Source: Octopus vulgaris
Lineage: Eukaryota
NCBI GenBank assembly: GCA_951406725.2
Contig: OX597823.1
Span: 47,616,001 to 47,680,000 of the forward strand
Reading direction: 5' to 3'
DNA length: 64,000 bases
A program made the position numbers and the translations under genes. Below the pieces are notes generated by a model. That model was not told where the DNA came from and searched no databases. It saw only the letters and a list, made by a program, of their open reading frames with translations. Positions 43,486-55,906 of this stretch are shown here, one piece after another (the first letter of the stretch is position 1; every line of letters starts with the position of its first letter).

Positions 43486-43886
43486 AATCCTTTCTACTAG
43501 AAGCACAAGGCCTCAAATTTAGAGGAAGGGATCAAGTTAATTACATCGACCCCAGTGCATAACTGGTACTAATTTTATCGACCCCGGAAAGGATGAAAGG
43601 CAAAGTTGATCCCAGCAGCATTTGAACTCAGTACATTAAAACAGATGAAATACCTATTTCTTTACTACCCACAAGGGACTAAACACAGAGAGGACAAACA
43701 AGGACAGACAAACGGATTAAGTTGATTATATTGACCCCAGTGCGTAACTTGTACTTATTTAATCGACCCCGAAAGGATGAAAGGCAAAGTCGACCTTGGT
43801 GGAATTTGAACTCAGATCATAGTGGCAGACAAAATACTGCTAAGCATTTCACCTGGCGCGCTAACATTTCTGCCAGCTTGCCACCT
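43486..43886 (-). mobile_element. Compound/dimeric family B SINE within one TSD
   Basis: TTTCTTGTCTATTCATAAT on both sides. Two bodies with different tails lie between. Confidence 0.8.
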
Positions 43887-44818
43887 TTTTCTTGTCTATT
43901 CATAATGAACACAGGGAAGGAATGCGATGGTTATGATTTGAAAGCTGTGTATCTGTATTAACCTCTTGTCACACTGATTAAGAACAACACTCAGAATTAT
44001 TTAACCAAAGTTTTACAACCAAAATTCTTATGAACAATGTTAACCAAACTTATAAAGAATAGTAGTGATAAACCACTGGAGATGGTGATGTTAACCTCTT
44101 ATAATATTTACTGAGAGTAAATGATTGGTGTTATCTCTGTCTTGATAGTAAGTTAGAGAAAAACAAGAAAAACTGAAACAAGTAAATTTAATTTCCATTC
44201 CCTAGATTTATATGAATTATTTTCAGAGAATTTCTTAAAGAATGGTTAATATTTTTGCTAATGACAGAGAATTAAGGTGAATATTATTTTTATCAAGTTA
44301 ATAAATTGCTTGTAATAATGATGTCACAATTGAGTTCTGGTTTCTTTATATAATTTGATTGGAATTTTGTGTGTCCTTGTAGACAACTAAACATGGTTAC
44401 GTTAACTGTCCAGCAGGTTTACAATCATTAATCTATTTAGTATTTCCTATCAGATTTTGTCTGGGAAATCTGTTTGATTTTTTTACCATTTCAGGAAGAT
44501 ACTTTCCTGAGAACTATTTTGCTAATTCATTTATTTATTTTCATTTATTTTTTTAATCTTTCTCAGTCACATGAAGAATTCTTGCTGCTGCCGAATGGTA
44601 AAGATGCACTTCTATTTACTCTCTTCTCATGGTCTCAGACCAACTTAACATATCCCACTTGTCTCTTAACCCTTTAAGCATTTAAGCCAGCCATATCCAG
44701 CCAAAATATTCTACCTGCTTTATGTTCAAACAGACCATGTCATTCTAAAAGTAAACAATCACATCATCAAAATCTTGAAGCTATGAGATAATACGTGGTT
44801 AATTCAAAACAATGTGAA

Positions 44819-45108
44819 TCATCATCACCACCACCACCACCACTGCCGCCACCACCACTACCATCATCATCATCACCACCACCACCACCACCACCACCAC
44901 CACCACCACCACCACCACTACCACCACCGCCGCCACCACCACTACCATCATCATCATCATCATCATCACCACAACCACCACTACCATCATCATCATCATC
45001 ATCATCATCACCACCACCACCACCGCCGCCACCACCACTACCATCATCATCATCATCACCACCACCACCACCACCATCACCACCATCATCATCAGTAGCA
45101 GCATCATC
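44819..45108. repeat. Compound (CAC)n/(CAT)n trinucleotide microsatellite
   Basis: Directly visible. It produces the spurious poly-Pro, poly-His and poly-Met/Val ORFs. Confidence 0.95.
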
Positions 45109-45604
45109 ATAATTTCGTGTCTGTTTCCCATTACAGCAAGGGTTAGATTGTTTGACTGGAAACTAGTAAGCTAGAGAGCTGTTCCAGGCTCCAGTCTGAT
45201 TTGGTTTGGTTTCTATGACTGGATTACCCTTCCAAATGCCAACTGCTCCGAGAGCGTAGTGGGTGCTTATTTATGTGCCACCAGCATGGGTGCCTTTTTA
45301 CATGTCACTGGCATGGGTGCCTTTTATACATCACTGGCACTGGCTATGACTACGATTTTATTTGGTTTGACATGTCTTCTCAAGCACAGCAAATCACCAA
45401 AGGTGTTGATCACTTGTCACCACCTCTGTGAAACTCAACGTCTAAAGAGCATGCTTCACCACCTTGTCCCATGTTTTCCTGGGTCTCCCACTTCCAATGA
45501 TGAAGGAATAATCTGAACACTATATTAATTACTCTGCTGATCTTGATATACTAAATGGGAAAATGTCTGTTTGTTTGTCTGTTTATCTATCTAACAGACT
45601 GTGT

Positions 45605-45639
45605 TTATCTGTCTATCTGTCTATCTATCTGTCTATCTG

Positions 45640-45715
<76 letters not shown>

Positions 45716-45798
45716 ACTATTTGTCTGTCTGTCTATGTATCTATTTAGCTATCTATTTGTCTATCTGTCTGTCTGTCGATCTATCTATCTGTCTGTCG

Positions 45799-45861
<63 letters not shown>

Positions 45862-45878
45862 AATCAATCAATCAATCA
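45605..45878. repeat. (TCTA)n/(TCTG)n/(TCAA)n tetranucleotide microsatellite
   Basis: Directly visible. Confidence 0.95.
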
Positions 45879-46517
45879 AATAGCTGGTATTTCAACCAAC
45901 TAATTAATAAAATCAATTAATCAAAACCGAGCTTAAATACAAACAACAACACCCCACAGCGGACTGTCTTCAAAACAATAATCAAAGTTAATGTAAAACA
46001 GTTAATGTCTATTTTATTTCTTGAAGCAATAAACATCTTTACACATCATTGCAATGGCAGAGGATGTACATACATTCGGCAACAACATAATAAGGAACAT
46101 CTTTATCATTTCAATATCATTAACATTGCAAAATAAGAGAAAAAATAAATAATTATTGTCAAAATAAAGGAAATCATCAGAGTATGGATAGTCAAGTCAA
46201 CAGAGAATACTAAACAATCAACAAACAGGTCAGTCATTTATATTGTGTTGAAAGCAATACATTGTATCAATGACGAAATTGTTTAATTTTTAGCAATTAA
46301 ATTTCCCTATCTTTAACCAGGTGGTACTGTACCTAGATAGTACAGTTCAGTGTATGATGACTTTTGTGTGATGATAGGTGGCAGCTTGCAGTGCTGAGTC
46401 TTTTACATTTTGTGATAAAAGTATTCAACACAAGAATTATCATTATACTAAAATTCCTTGGATAAATTCATTTTCAGGATTTTTTTCCTTGGATAATTTT
46501 CCCTAAGAGAATAAAGT

Positions 46518-46567
<50 letters not shown>

Positions 46568-47328
46568 ATATATTAATAAAGGATAAAAAGGGTAAGGACC
46601 CCGCTTCGGTCATGAATGACCATGGGCTTACACCTAGAAAGTTTCCCCCACTGAGACACAAGTCCGGGCAAGGTTGTTTTATGTAAAACCAGCAGTCATC
46701 CATGCATATCAGCCTCCCTTCTCCATGCCACCAACGTTATTCCAAGGAAAAGGCAAAGGCTGATGCAGCTTGGCACAGATGCACAGAATAATAGCAATCA
46801 AATAACAACAGCAGAGTGCACAACAAACATCAGTGATCTGACTGTTGCCTGTCCTCTTGACAAGAGATGCCAGTTAGTCTTTTACACCAATCAGGCTCAT
46901 TTGTATTAGCCCAAGTCGGTGGGTAATTTTTCGTTCCTTTAAGAATATTGTAGAATGGAAGCTTTTCATATATTGGAATTTAAATTCTAATCTCTATAGA
47001 AATTTATTATTTCAATAAAAAATTGAATTTGAATTACGTTTAAATTTAACAACCTAGGGCTGTAATTTCTGAGCCTGAGTCAGGCACGTGTGAACAATGA
47101 TATTTTTTGACAAAGGGTACTGCTAAGATGACTGCCTGATGCTGAATGAAAAAAACAAACTGTGACCAGGCTCAGTGAAAGGAGTCAGAGTTATTGGCTG
47201 CAGTTACATACTTGAAGTCAGTGTTGGTAGACATTAAATCAGCTTGCAAATACACATTCACTTTATTAAATGAATTTATACTTGGACTAAGCCCAAACAG
47301 CCCAAGTTCCAGAATCACCACTGATATA

Positions 47329-47723
47329 TCTTTATATATAAAAGTGAAGTTGTGTGTCTGTCTCCTACGATTTAGATTCCTAACTACTTCCACATTTTGC
47401 AGTGCAGTGTAACCAAAACCGGGTATCTTATAGTCGTGATTCATATCAAGCCCTTCTGGGTATTAGCACGCATCTACAATGAGTCTACGATTAAAAAAAA
47501 ATTTACCGTCATTTTTTCCCATTTTTAATGCATTTTTTTGCTATTATATAAGGAAAGTAACTCTCTAAAAATGTATTATTAAATCTCAGAACGTAAAAAG
47601 CTACAGTAACACCCCCCCTTTGTGGTTAGCCATATTGAGATAGCTATTATACTTTACATCTCTAAAAATGCTTATATAGTTATTTCCCTTACAAACCCGA
47701 GCAATGCCGGGTGATACTGCTAG
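47329..47723 (+). mobile_element. Non-autonomous Helitron, same family as 25745-26139
   Basis: A|TC start, CCCGAGCAATGCCGGG hairpin, CTAG|T end. Confidence 0.85.
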
Positions 47724-47752
47724 TACATATATATATATCAACAAAAAAGTAC

Positions 47753-48998
47753 TCCATCCAGTGAGAGATAAATACCATTTAATGCACACAAGTATAAAAT
47801 TATGAGCTACTAATACAGATATAGTCTAGGCAAAATTTTATAGCATGTCTCATGTCTCCAAATAATCTCTGAGCTCTGAACACTTGGTTTATACAAGTTA
47901 CAAATCAGGACAATTGAACAAGAAGAATCATGAGAAAAAAATGAAAAGGCGGATGAAATGAGCAGAAGGGTGAATAAACATAAGAAAAGAAAAAAGAATT
48001 AGAACTATGTCGCCTTTGACCGAAATGCCATAATAAAGTTAGTTGTTCTAGAATGAATCAAATTCTGCTATACAACTACTCAATTTGGAGAGGGTGGTTT
48101 CCTCCAATTTGCCAAAGAAATTTGTCCATCTTTGCATTTTCTGAATTCAGTAGTGTGGTGGAATACTTAGATCTTTCAGTCATGCATAAGTTGCATTTCT
48201 TAAATCCATTAACATATAGCATGGATTTGTCAACGATTTCCCACTTTATTATATGTGGTGTGGAGTTGGTCTTCAAACCCTATACAAGGCTAACCAACTC
48301 TGTGGCTTTACTTTTGTCCCTGTGCCAGAAAGAAGATAGGCGATTAGCATAGCATCTTTTGAAGTCATTTTACATGATCTGATGTAATCCTTCTCTTTGG
48401 TAAGGTTATCATGTAGCATTGCTATAACTTCTGCCTCATACATGGTAGAGTTTATCATGGTCAAGTGGGCACACCTGGTCAAGTGGGCAAGTTTGAAGGT
48501 CAAGACAGTTACAACTGGGAATAAGCTTTTGGTGATGTTTACGGGTGATGATGTTCTTCATACTGGCTTGGCAGCTATGTGATAATTTAAGTGAGCATTT
48601 GTTGAAGATCTTGCTGTATTTGGGATTTTCTGGGAAATCCTCATCTAAAAGAAACAGGAATGTCTTACCTACATTAGTGTTAACATTTAGAGAGAGGACA
48701 AAATCGTTTCCCTTGATCTGTTTTTAGGATTACTTTTATGGTTCATATTTTTATTAGAAGGGTTGTAATTTATCTTAACCTTTGGACCACTCTTAGTTAA
48801 GCTATTTTTATAGTAGGGGGCTGCCTTGCTATAAAATTTCTTTAGAAGAAAAGAGGTTGGATATCCTATTATTCATGTTAGCTATCAGGTTTTCAGACAC
48901 TATAAGGGGTGGCAGGACTGTTTGTGTACATAGAAGAGTTTCTTGTCAGGCTTATGGTAAGTTTATAAGTATGTGAGTTTAGATCTAGGGAAACACCT
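47753..48998 (-). mobile_element. Penelope-like element remnant (RT thumb/linker, GIY-YIG region and terminal sequence)
   Basis: Minus-strand motifs HKPDKKLFYVHKQSCHP, NRISNL, AAPYYKNSLTKSG, TNVGKTFLFLLDEDFP..KIFNKCSLKLSHSC and IKWEIVDKS..KKCNLCMTE are typical of Penelope-like ORFs. Frameshifted. Confidence 0.8.
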
Positions 48999-51535
48999 GG
49001 ATACATACATACATACATACATACATACATACATACATACATACATACATACATACATACATACATACATACATACATACATAATACACACATGCACACA
49101 CATACATACATACACATGTAAATACATACATACATGTATGTATGTATGTATATATAATACATACACCCACACGTGTGTGTGTGTGTACATATACAGAAGA
49201 CTGCTTTAGCTGTATGTTGAGACTCTTTACAAGGTTTTGGCTGACACAATTACAATGTTTAGAAATTATTAAAAGCAAATTAAAAAGTAATTTTTCATCT
49301 TCTGAAAATTATTCTGTTAAATTAATAATAAAGGATTCTTGTGTAACACATTCAAAGTGGCAAGATGTTTAGATTCCTGTATTTCATTGTCAAATAATTA
49401 ACTTCTGTGTTTCATGTCATTGATTGTTATTGATTCTCAGCTACCCACAACCAAATATTGCTCCTATGTCTATTGCTGCTGTGTGCATAGACTCCCTAGG
49501 CTACATCCAGAAAAGGGCTACCCTACTAATTAGCATAAAGGTACTCTCAAACATGCTCCAACCTCTGGGCCACTAGCAAAGTTCTCTCTCTTCCTTTTTG
49601 GCCAACACTATAATGATATCTGCTCCTCAAAGCTAGCTGGGCTCAAGCCATCTGTATTCAGCCATTTGTGATACCCTCTTCTATTTTCTCTGATCATCTT
49701 TGTGTCTACCTCACACCAATAGCCTGCTCTGTCCCTAATGCCTGGTCCTATCTTCCAAAACTATCATCCCTCTGAAACTTCCTCTTGGCTCATGTCTTTT
49801 TTACAGGTCCTTGCAATGGTTCAAGAGGAATTTTTATGACACCAGTCGCACAGGCCTTAGGCAGCTAGTGAAGGCCATGGACACTGTCCATTTCTTCAGA
49901 CAAATGAATTTTTAGACACAGAGGACACGGTATTCTTATTAGATATAACAACAACCTTTAGATTAATCTGCAAGAATACTCATAATAAATTTATTAGTTC
50001 TTACCTTAGCTATAGACATCTATAGCTACATCATACAAAGGTTGTCTTTGATAGTAAAATAAATGCAAACGAAATGATTGAAATCAAAAAGCAATCCTTG
50101 CTTACTAGTGTTATAGTAACTATATGTCAACATTTCTGAGACAAAATATTGTATTAATATTTTAAATTTCCTGGAATATTAACTGAATCTTTTGTATTTT
50201 TATGTTTAACACTAGATTTGTCAAAAATTCTTTCATATAATTTTACATCATAACATTAAAACCTTTTTCTTTATGCAGTTTTCATTTCAGTAGATGATAC
50301 CAAATTTTTAAAAACATAACATATTTTCAAAGTAGATATATTTTCAAGCATCAATTATGCAGCACCAAAAATATAAATACAAAATTTTATGAACATAGAT
50401 TTTGGAGCTGTTTAAAATATTAACTGATATGTTTTACATATTTTTAAACATAATGATTTATTTCATTTGTCAAACAGTAAAGTTTACAGTCAGCCAATAT
50501 ATGCTTTTACTCAATTCTATCTAAGTGAAACACTGAAAGTCTTGAGACCTTTCACTGGGCAATAACCTAATTTTAACCCTAGTTTTATGTCAAACATGAC
50601 ATAAATGCAATTATCTATGTGATTCGACTCAAGCAAGAGAAAATAATTAACAGAAAAGTTGATCAGTGTCTCACACCATCAATGAACAACTCATTAATGT
50701 CTCAACTATTCACCAACTGGTGTGATGAACCATTGACAAAATAAATTTTAGTACAATTACTACAAGATGAAGAATACGATTCCCTGGCAGCCTTCTATTC
50801 ATCAGTCAGCTCAATGCTGATCATAAATAGACTTTTCCTTTCACTTGCTCTCCTACCTCTCTCTCTCCTTCCCTCCCTCCAAATCTCTCTCCTTCCCTCC
50901 TCTCCAAATCTCAAATTTCTATTTCTCAATCACTGTAGCCGCTCACCTTCCATCTTTCTCTCACTTTCTTCCTCTTTCTCTCAAGAACAACAAGAACAAA
51001 CTAAGAAGAATAGATAATTTAATAGATCTGGAGTATAACTGGAAATTAGATATTTATTATACTACTCATAGGTTACTGGAATCAGTGTGTTGGCTTATGA
51101 TATAAGATCTGTAATATCAGACTACTAGTTTGTAGAATTAAGGAACTAAACTATGAGGTCCTGCATTGCATGAATATATTAAATGCAGGAGGCTGCAAGT
51201 GGGTACAATAACTAGAACATTTCAGAGAGGATAAACAGGAATCTATCCTCCCTGAGACGCTTCATTCTAGCTTCATACATTTTACCTTTCATATCATTCT
51301 CCTGACTATTAACAACAGTGAGTTCCAGTTATTCTGCCTTGGTATCTCTTTCTTTCCCTCATTTTGTGACATCATTTGCTGCTTCATCGCCTCCAATCAT
51401 TTAGAATATTTTTTATCAGGTGCAGGAGTGGCTCTGTGGTAAGAGGTTTGTTTTCCAACCACATGGTTCTGGGTTCAGTTCCTCTGAACCCAGAGCTTTT
51501 TTCAGTGGATTTGGTAGACAGAAACTGAAAGAAGC

Positions 51536-51614
<79 letters not shown>

Positions 51615-51836
51615 ATATACATATGTTATAATTTAGAACAAACAGTAAAAGGTTTTCATTATAGTACTCGGAGTTTAGAATGCTGGAGTGAAGAGCTACA
51701 ATACATTCTCATCAACTATTAATAGCAACAAATATAATGAATATATGTTAAATATAAGGGAAGTAACTCTAATAGGTGGTAAACGAAAAAAGAAAAAGAT
51801 AAAAAACACTATAAAAATATATAAAATATATATATA

Positions 51837-52376
51837 TCATTATATATATAAAACTGAGAATGTGTGTGTGTGTCTGTCTGTCTGTGTGTTTCCCTAAAAC
51901 TTGAGAATTACACAACCAATTTCATTCAAATTTTACACATGCCTTACTTAGGGTCCGAGGAGTGTCATCGGCAAAAAAAATGTTCAACTTCTTGCCTAGA
52001 GCAAGCCCATAGCAATATCATATCTTCTCCACTATTTCAGTATTACGTGTTAAAAGTGAAACAAAAACATTTCTCTATTTTATGTCAGATACTTTCACTT
52101 TAACAATAAAAATAATAATAACAATTGAATTATATGTAGTAAGTATTAATTAAAATCAAACTAAAGTATAATATAATCGTAACATAACAAAAGTAAAAAT
52201 AGCAATTGGTATAAAATTGCATCAATGACTTGAACTTGAATGAGTGGTTTCACATGAATGGGAATAAATTAAGAATAAAATTAGCGTGCAGAAATGGAAT
52301 AGTCCAGATGGATAATAGAAAATTAAATTAAAGAAAAGACTATTATCTATAAAGTATAGAATGTAGAGAAAAAAGG
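51837..52376 (+). mobile_element. Helitron-like 5' end immediately upstream of the array (no 3' end seen)
   Basis: A|TCATTATATATATAAAACTGAGAATGTGTG..GTCTGTCTG..CCAATTTCATTCAAATTTTACAC resembles the 5' end at 40966. Confidence 0.5.
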
Positions 52377-52558
52377 ACGTGGTTTTTTCGGCTCTGTGTT
52401 TTTTGCTCTCTGTGAAATTCGGTAAAAAGAAAAAAGAACAAAAAGTGAATGGTTGTTGGTGTAAAATTTTGAACATAGTTGATGAGGTTTCGCGTCTCAC
52501 TGGTTCTGCGCGTTACACTTTTTCGGTTCGGGAGGCCGTTTCTCGGCCGGAGGCGACT

Positions 52559-53887
52559 ATGAGCCGCCTCCATCAAGCGGAGGAGATGGAAGGGAGAATT
52601 TACTCTGAAATTTCGACGGAAGTATCGACATCTGAGGAGGAGTTGGCGGTGAAAAAGATGGAAGGCACCTACGCAGGTGTAACGAAGAAGTCAACGGAAA
52701 GAGAGATAGACTTGGCTAAGTTGGCGGGCCTCCAGGAATTTGTGAAGGAGGACGAGAACGGTGAAGTTGAGCTGCTGCATCCAGTAGGGTGCGGAGACTG
52801 GTTCCATCGTAGAACCATTAAATATATAGTATTTATGAATGGAGGTAGAAAGATGGAAGTAATCAACATGGAAGCAATTGAAGAGGCTCTCAAGCAGACA
52901 GGAGAGGAAATTGTGTACATGACAAAAGGATTACAATACGGAACGATAACGGTGCAATTTAAAAGCGAAAAAGCAGCCAGGAATGTAGCAGCCAAGGTGG
53001 TGAGTACAGAAAAGATTTACTTGTTACCCTCGTATCTGAATAGGCGGACAACTAGAATTAGGGTGGAGGGAATACCTCCACACCTAGAGGGCGAATTAAT
53101 AACGGCTGCGGTTATAAAAGGAAATGAAGATAAAGTGGACATCCTCCACGCCATTATGAAGTATGAAGGCGTGAGAGGTGCCACACTAGTTATGAACATT
53201 CAAGCGGAGGCGGATGTTATAGAGAGGATTACGGACAGCATAAAAACTGGAAATATTATTATGAGAGTGTGGGTGGAGGGTAGGGCGCCCAGGTGCTACA
53301 AGTGTGGCCAAAGGGGTCACATAAGAGCCTACTGCCCTCCCCCACCAAAGGAAAAAGAAAAGGAAAGCGTTGAGGAAGCCTCGGGAGAGGAAGAAAATAA
53401 ACAGAAACAAACAGAGAAGGAAACGACAGAAGAAGAGGAGATGCAACAAGAGTGGAAAGAAGCGGGAACAAAGAGAAAAAGAAGGAAAAAGAAAAACTGT
53501 GCGAAGCCCCAACCCACCCCGACACCACCCATACCCTTGGAGTCCCATCCTTCCCCTGCAAACAGTAATTCCACCCACTCCCCGCCTACAAGAAGAATAA
53601 AAACAGACACACAGAGCAAAGAAAGTCCCAAGACCCATTTTTTATTTGTTATACATGGGAGAGACGTACAAAACGTTAAAAAACTGGTGTTAACCAAGTG
53701 GTACGAACACGAAGAGTGGAGCTACACGGCTGTGGATGGTGATGATACGGGTATATTGGCGACAAGGTTAGAGGAAGAGGGTGTGTGTTGGAAGTCAGTG
53801 GAAATGAAAGATGAATGGATAGAGAGGGCTAAAAGAAAAACGAATGTTGTGATGGTTAAAACAGGAATACTAATTGAAAATGGGTGA
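52559..53887 (+). CDS. Array copy 1: 442-aa LINE ORF1p-like nucleic-acid-binding protein with CCHC zinc knuckle (intact)
   Basis: ATG at 52559 to TGA ending at 53887. CX2CX4HX4C knuckle RCYKCGQRGHIRAYC at 53294-53335, preceded by VEGRAPR. An RRM-like segment GTITVQFKSEKAA lies upstream, and an acidic/basic/Pro-rich linker follows the knuckle. Confidence 0.8.
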   Translation: MSRLHQAEEMEGRIYSEISTEVSTSEEELAVKKMEGTYAGVTKKSTEREIDLAKLAGLQEFVKEDENGEVELLHPVGCGDWFHRRTIKYIVFMNGGRKMEVINMEAIEEALKQTGEEIVYMTKGLQYGTITVQFKSEKAARNVAAKVVSTEKIYLLPSYLNRRTTRIRVEGIPPHLEGELITAAVIKGNEDKVDILHAIMKYEGVRGATLVMNIQAEADVIERITDSIKTGNIIMRVWVEGRAPRCYKCGQRGHIRAYCPPPPKEKEKESVEEASGEEENKQKQTEKETTEEEEMQQEWKEAGTKRKRRKKKNCAKPQPTPTPPIPLESHPSPANSNSTHSPPTRRIKTDTQSKESPKTHFLFVIHGRDVQNVKKLVLTKWYEHEEWSYTAVDGDDTGILATRLEEEGVCWKSVEMKDEWIERAKRKTNVVMVKTGILIENG

Positions 53888-54232
53888 AGAAGGACAGATA
53901 AGTGATGCTGGCGGATGGGGCCGTCGGTATCGCTCTCATATATCATTTTCATATTCCATTTTGCTCATATATATGTAATTGTGATGTTCCATGTCCCCAT
54001 GTCTTGTAATGTCCCCCTCTTCGTTGGCCCCTTGTGGGTAATAAAAAATCACGTGGTTTTTTCGGCTCTGTGTTTTTTGCTCTCTGTGAAATTCGGTAAA
54101 AAGAAAAAAGAACAAAAAGTGAATGGTTGTTGGTGTAAAATTTTGAACATAGTTGATGAGGTTTCGCGTCTCACTGGTTCTGCGCGTTACACTTTTTCGG
54201 TTCGGGAGGCCGTTTCTCGGCCGGAGGCGACT

Positions 54233-55562
54233 ATGAGCCGCCTCCATCAAGCGGAGGAGATGGAAGGGAGAATTTACTCTGAAATTTCGACGGAAGTATC
54301 GACATCTGAGGAGGAGTTGGCGGTGAAAAAGATGGAAGGCACCTACGCAGGTGTAACGAAGAAGTCAACGGAAAGAGAGATAGACTTGGCTAAGTTGGCG
54401 GGCCTCCAGGAATTTGTGAAGGAGGACGAGAACGGTGAAGTTGAGCTGCTGCATCCAGTAGGGTGCGGAGACTGGTTCCATCGTAGAACCATTAAATATA
54501 AAGTATTTATGAATGGAGGTAGAAAGATGGAAGTAATTAACATGGAAGCAATTGAAGAGGCTCTTAAGCAGACGGGAGAGGAAATTGTGTACATGACGAA
54601 AGGATTACAATACGGAACCATAACGGTGCAATTTAAAAGTGAAAAAGCAGCCAGGAATGTAGCAGCCAAGGTGGTGAGTACAGAAAAGATTTACTTGTTA
54701 CCCTCGTATCTGAATAGGCGGACAACTAGAATTAGGGTGGAGGGAATACCTCCACACCTAGAGGGCGAAGTAATAACGGCTGCGGTTATAAAAGGAAATG
54801 AGGATAAGGTGGACATCCTCCACGCCAGTATGAAGTATGAAGGCGTGAGAGGTGCCACACTGGTTATGAACATTCAAACGGAGGCGGATGTTATAGAGAA
54901 GATTACGGACAGCATAAAGACTGGAAATATTATTATGAGAGTGTGGGTGGAGGGTAGGGCGCCCAGGTGCTACAAGTGTGGCCAAAGGGGTCACATAAGA
55001 GCCTACTGCCCTCCCCCACCAAAGGAAAAAAGAAAAGGAAAGCGTTGAGGAAGCCTCGGGAGAGGAAGAAAATAAACAGAAACAAACAGAGAAGGAAACG
55101 ACAGAAGAAGAGGAGATGCAACAAGAGTGGAAAGAAGCGGGAACAAAGAGAAAAAGAAGGAAAAAGAAAAACTGTGCGAAGCCCCAACCCACCCCGACAC
55201 CACCCATACCCTTGGAGTCCCATCCTTCCCCTGCAAACAGTAATTCCACCCACTCCCCGCCTACAAGAAGAATAAAAACAGACACACAGAGCAAAGAAAG
55301 TCCCAAGACCCATTTTTTATTTGTTATACATGGGAGAGACGTACAAAACGTTAAAAAACTGGTGTTAACCAAGTGGTACGAACACGAAGATTGGAGCTAC
55401 ACGGCTGTGGATGGTGATGATACGGGTATATTGGCGACAAGGTTAGAGGAAGAGGGTGTGTGTTGGAAGTCAGTGGAAATGAAAGATGAATGGATAGAGA
55501 GGGCTAAAAGAAAAACGAATGTTGTGATGGGTAAAACAGGAATACTAATTGAAAATGGGTGA
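54233..55562 (+). pseudogene. Array copy 2 ORF1-like, +1 frameshift in an A-run
   Basis: A6 instead of A5 at 55026-55031, otherwise full length. May be a homopolymer sequencing error. Confidence 0.7.
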
Positions 55563-55906
55563 AGAAGGACAGATAAGTGATGCTGGCGGATGGGGCCGTC
55601 GGTATCGCTCTCATATATCATTTTCATATTCCATTTTGCTCATATATATGTAATTGTGATGTTCCATGTCCCCATGTCTTGTAATGTCCCCCTCTTCGTT
55701 GGCCCCTTGTGGGTAATAAAAAATCACGTGGTTTTTCGGCTCTGTGTTTTTTGCTCTCTGTGAAATTCGGTAAAAAGAAAAAAGAACAAAAAGTGAATGG
55801 TTGTTGGTGTAAAATTTTGAACATAGTTGATGAGGTTTCGCGTCTCACTGGTTCTGCGCGTTACACTTTTTCGGTTCGGGAGGCCGTTTCTCGGCCGGAG
55901 GCGACT

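Noticed and set aside
44795-45131. Poly-Pro, poly-His and poly-Met/Val ORFs
   Set aside because: A trinucleotide repeat open in several frames, abutting a (CAT)n-tailed repeat, with no splice or coding context.
52669-53952. Antisense ORFs repeated in each unit
   Set aside because: They are shadow frames of the purine-rich sense ORF, low in complexity and without motifs.
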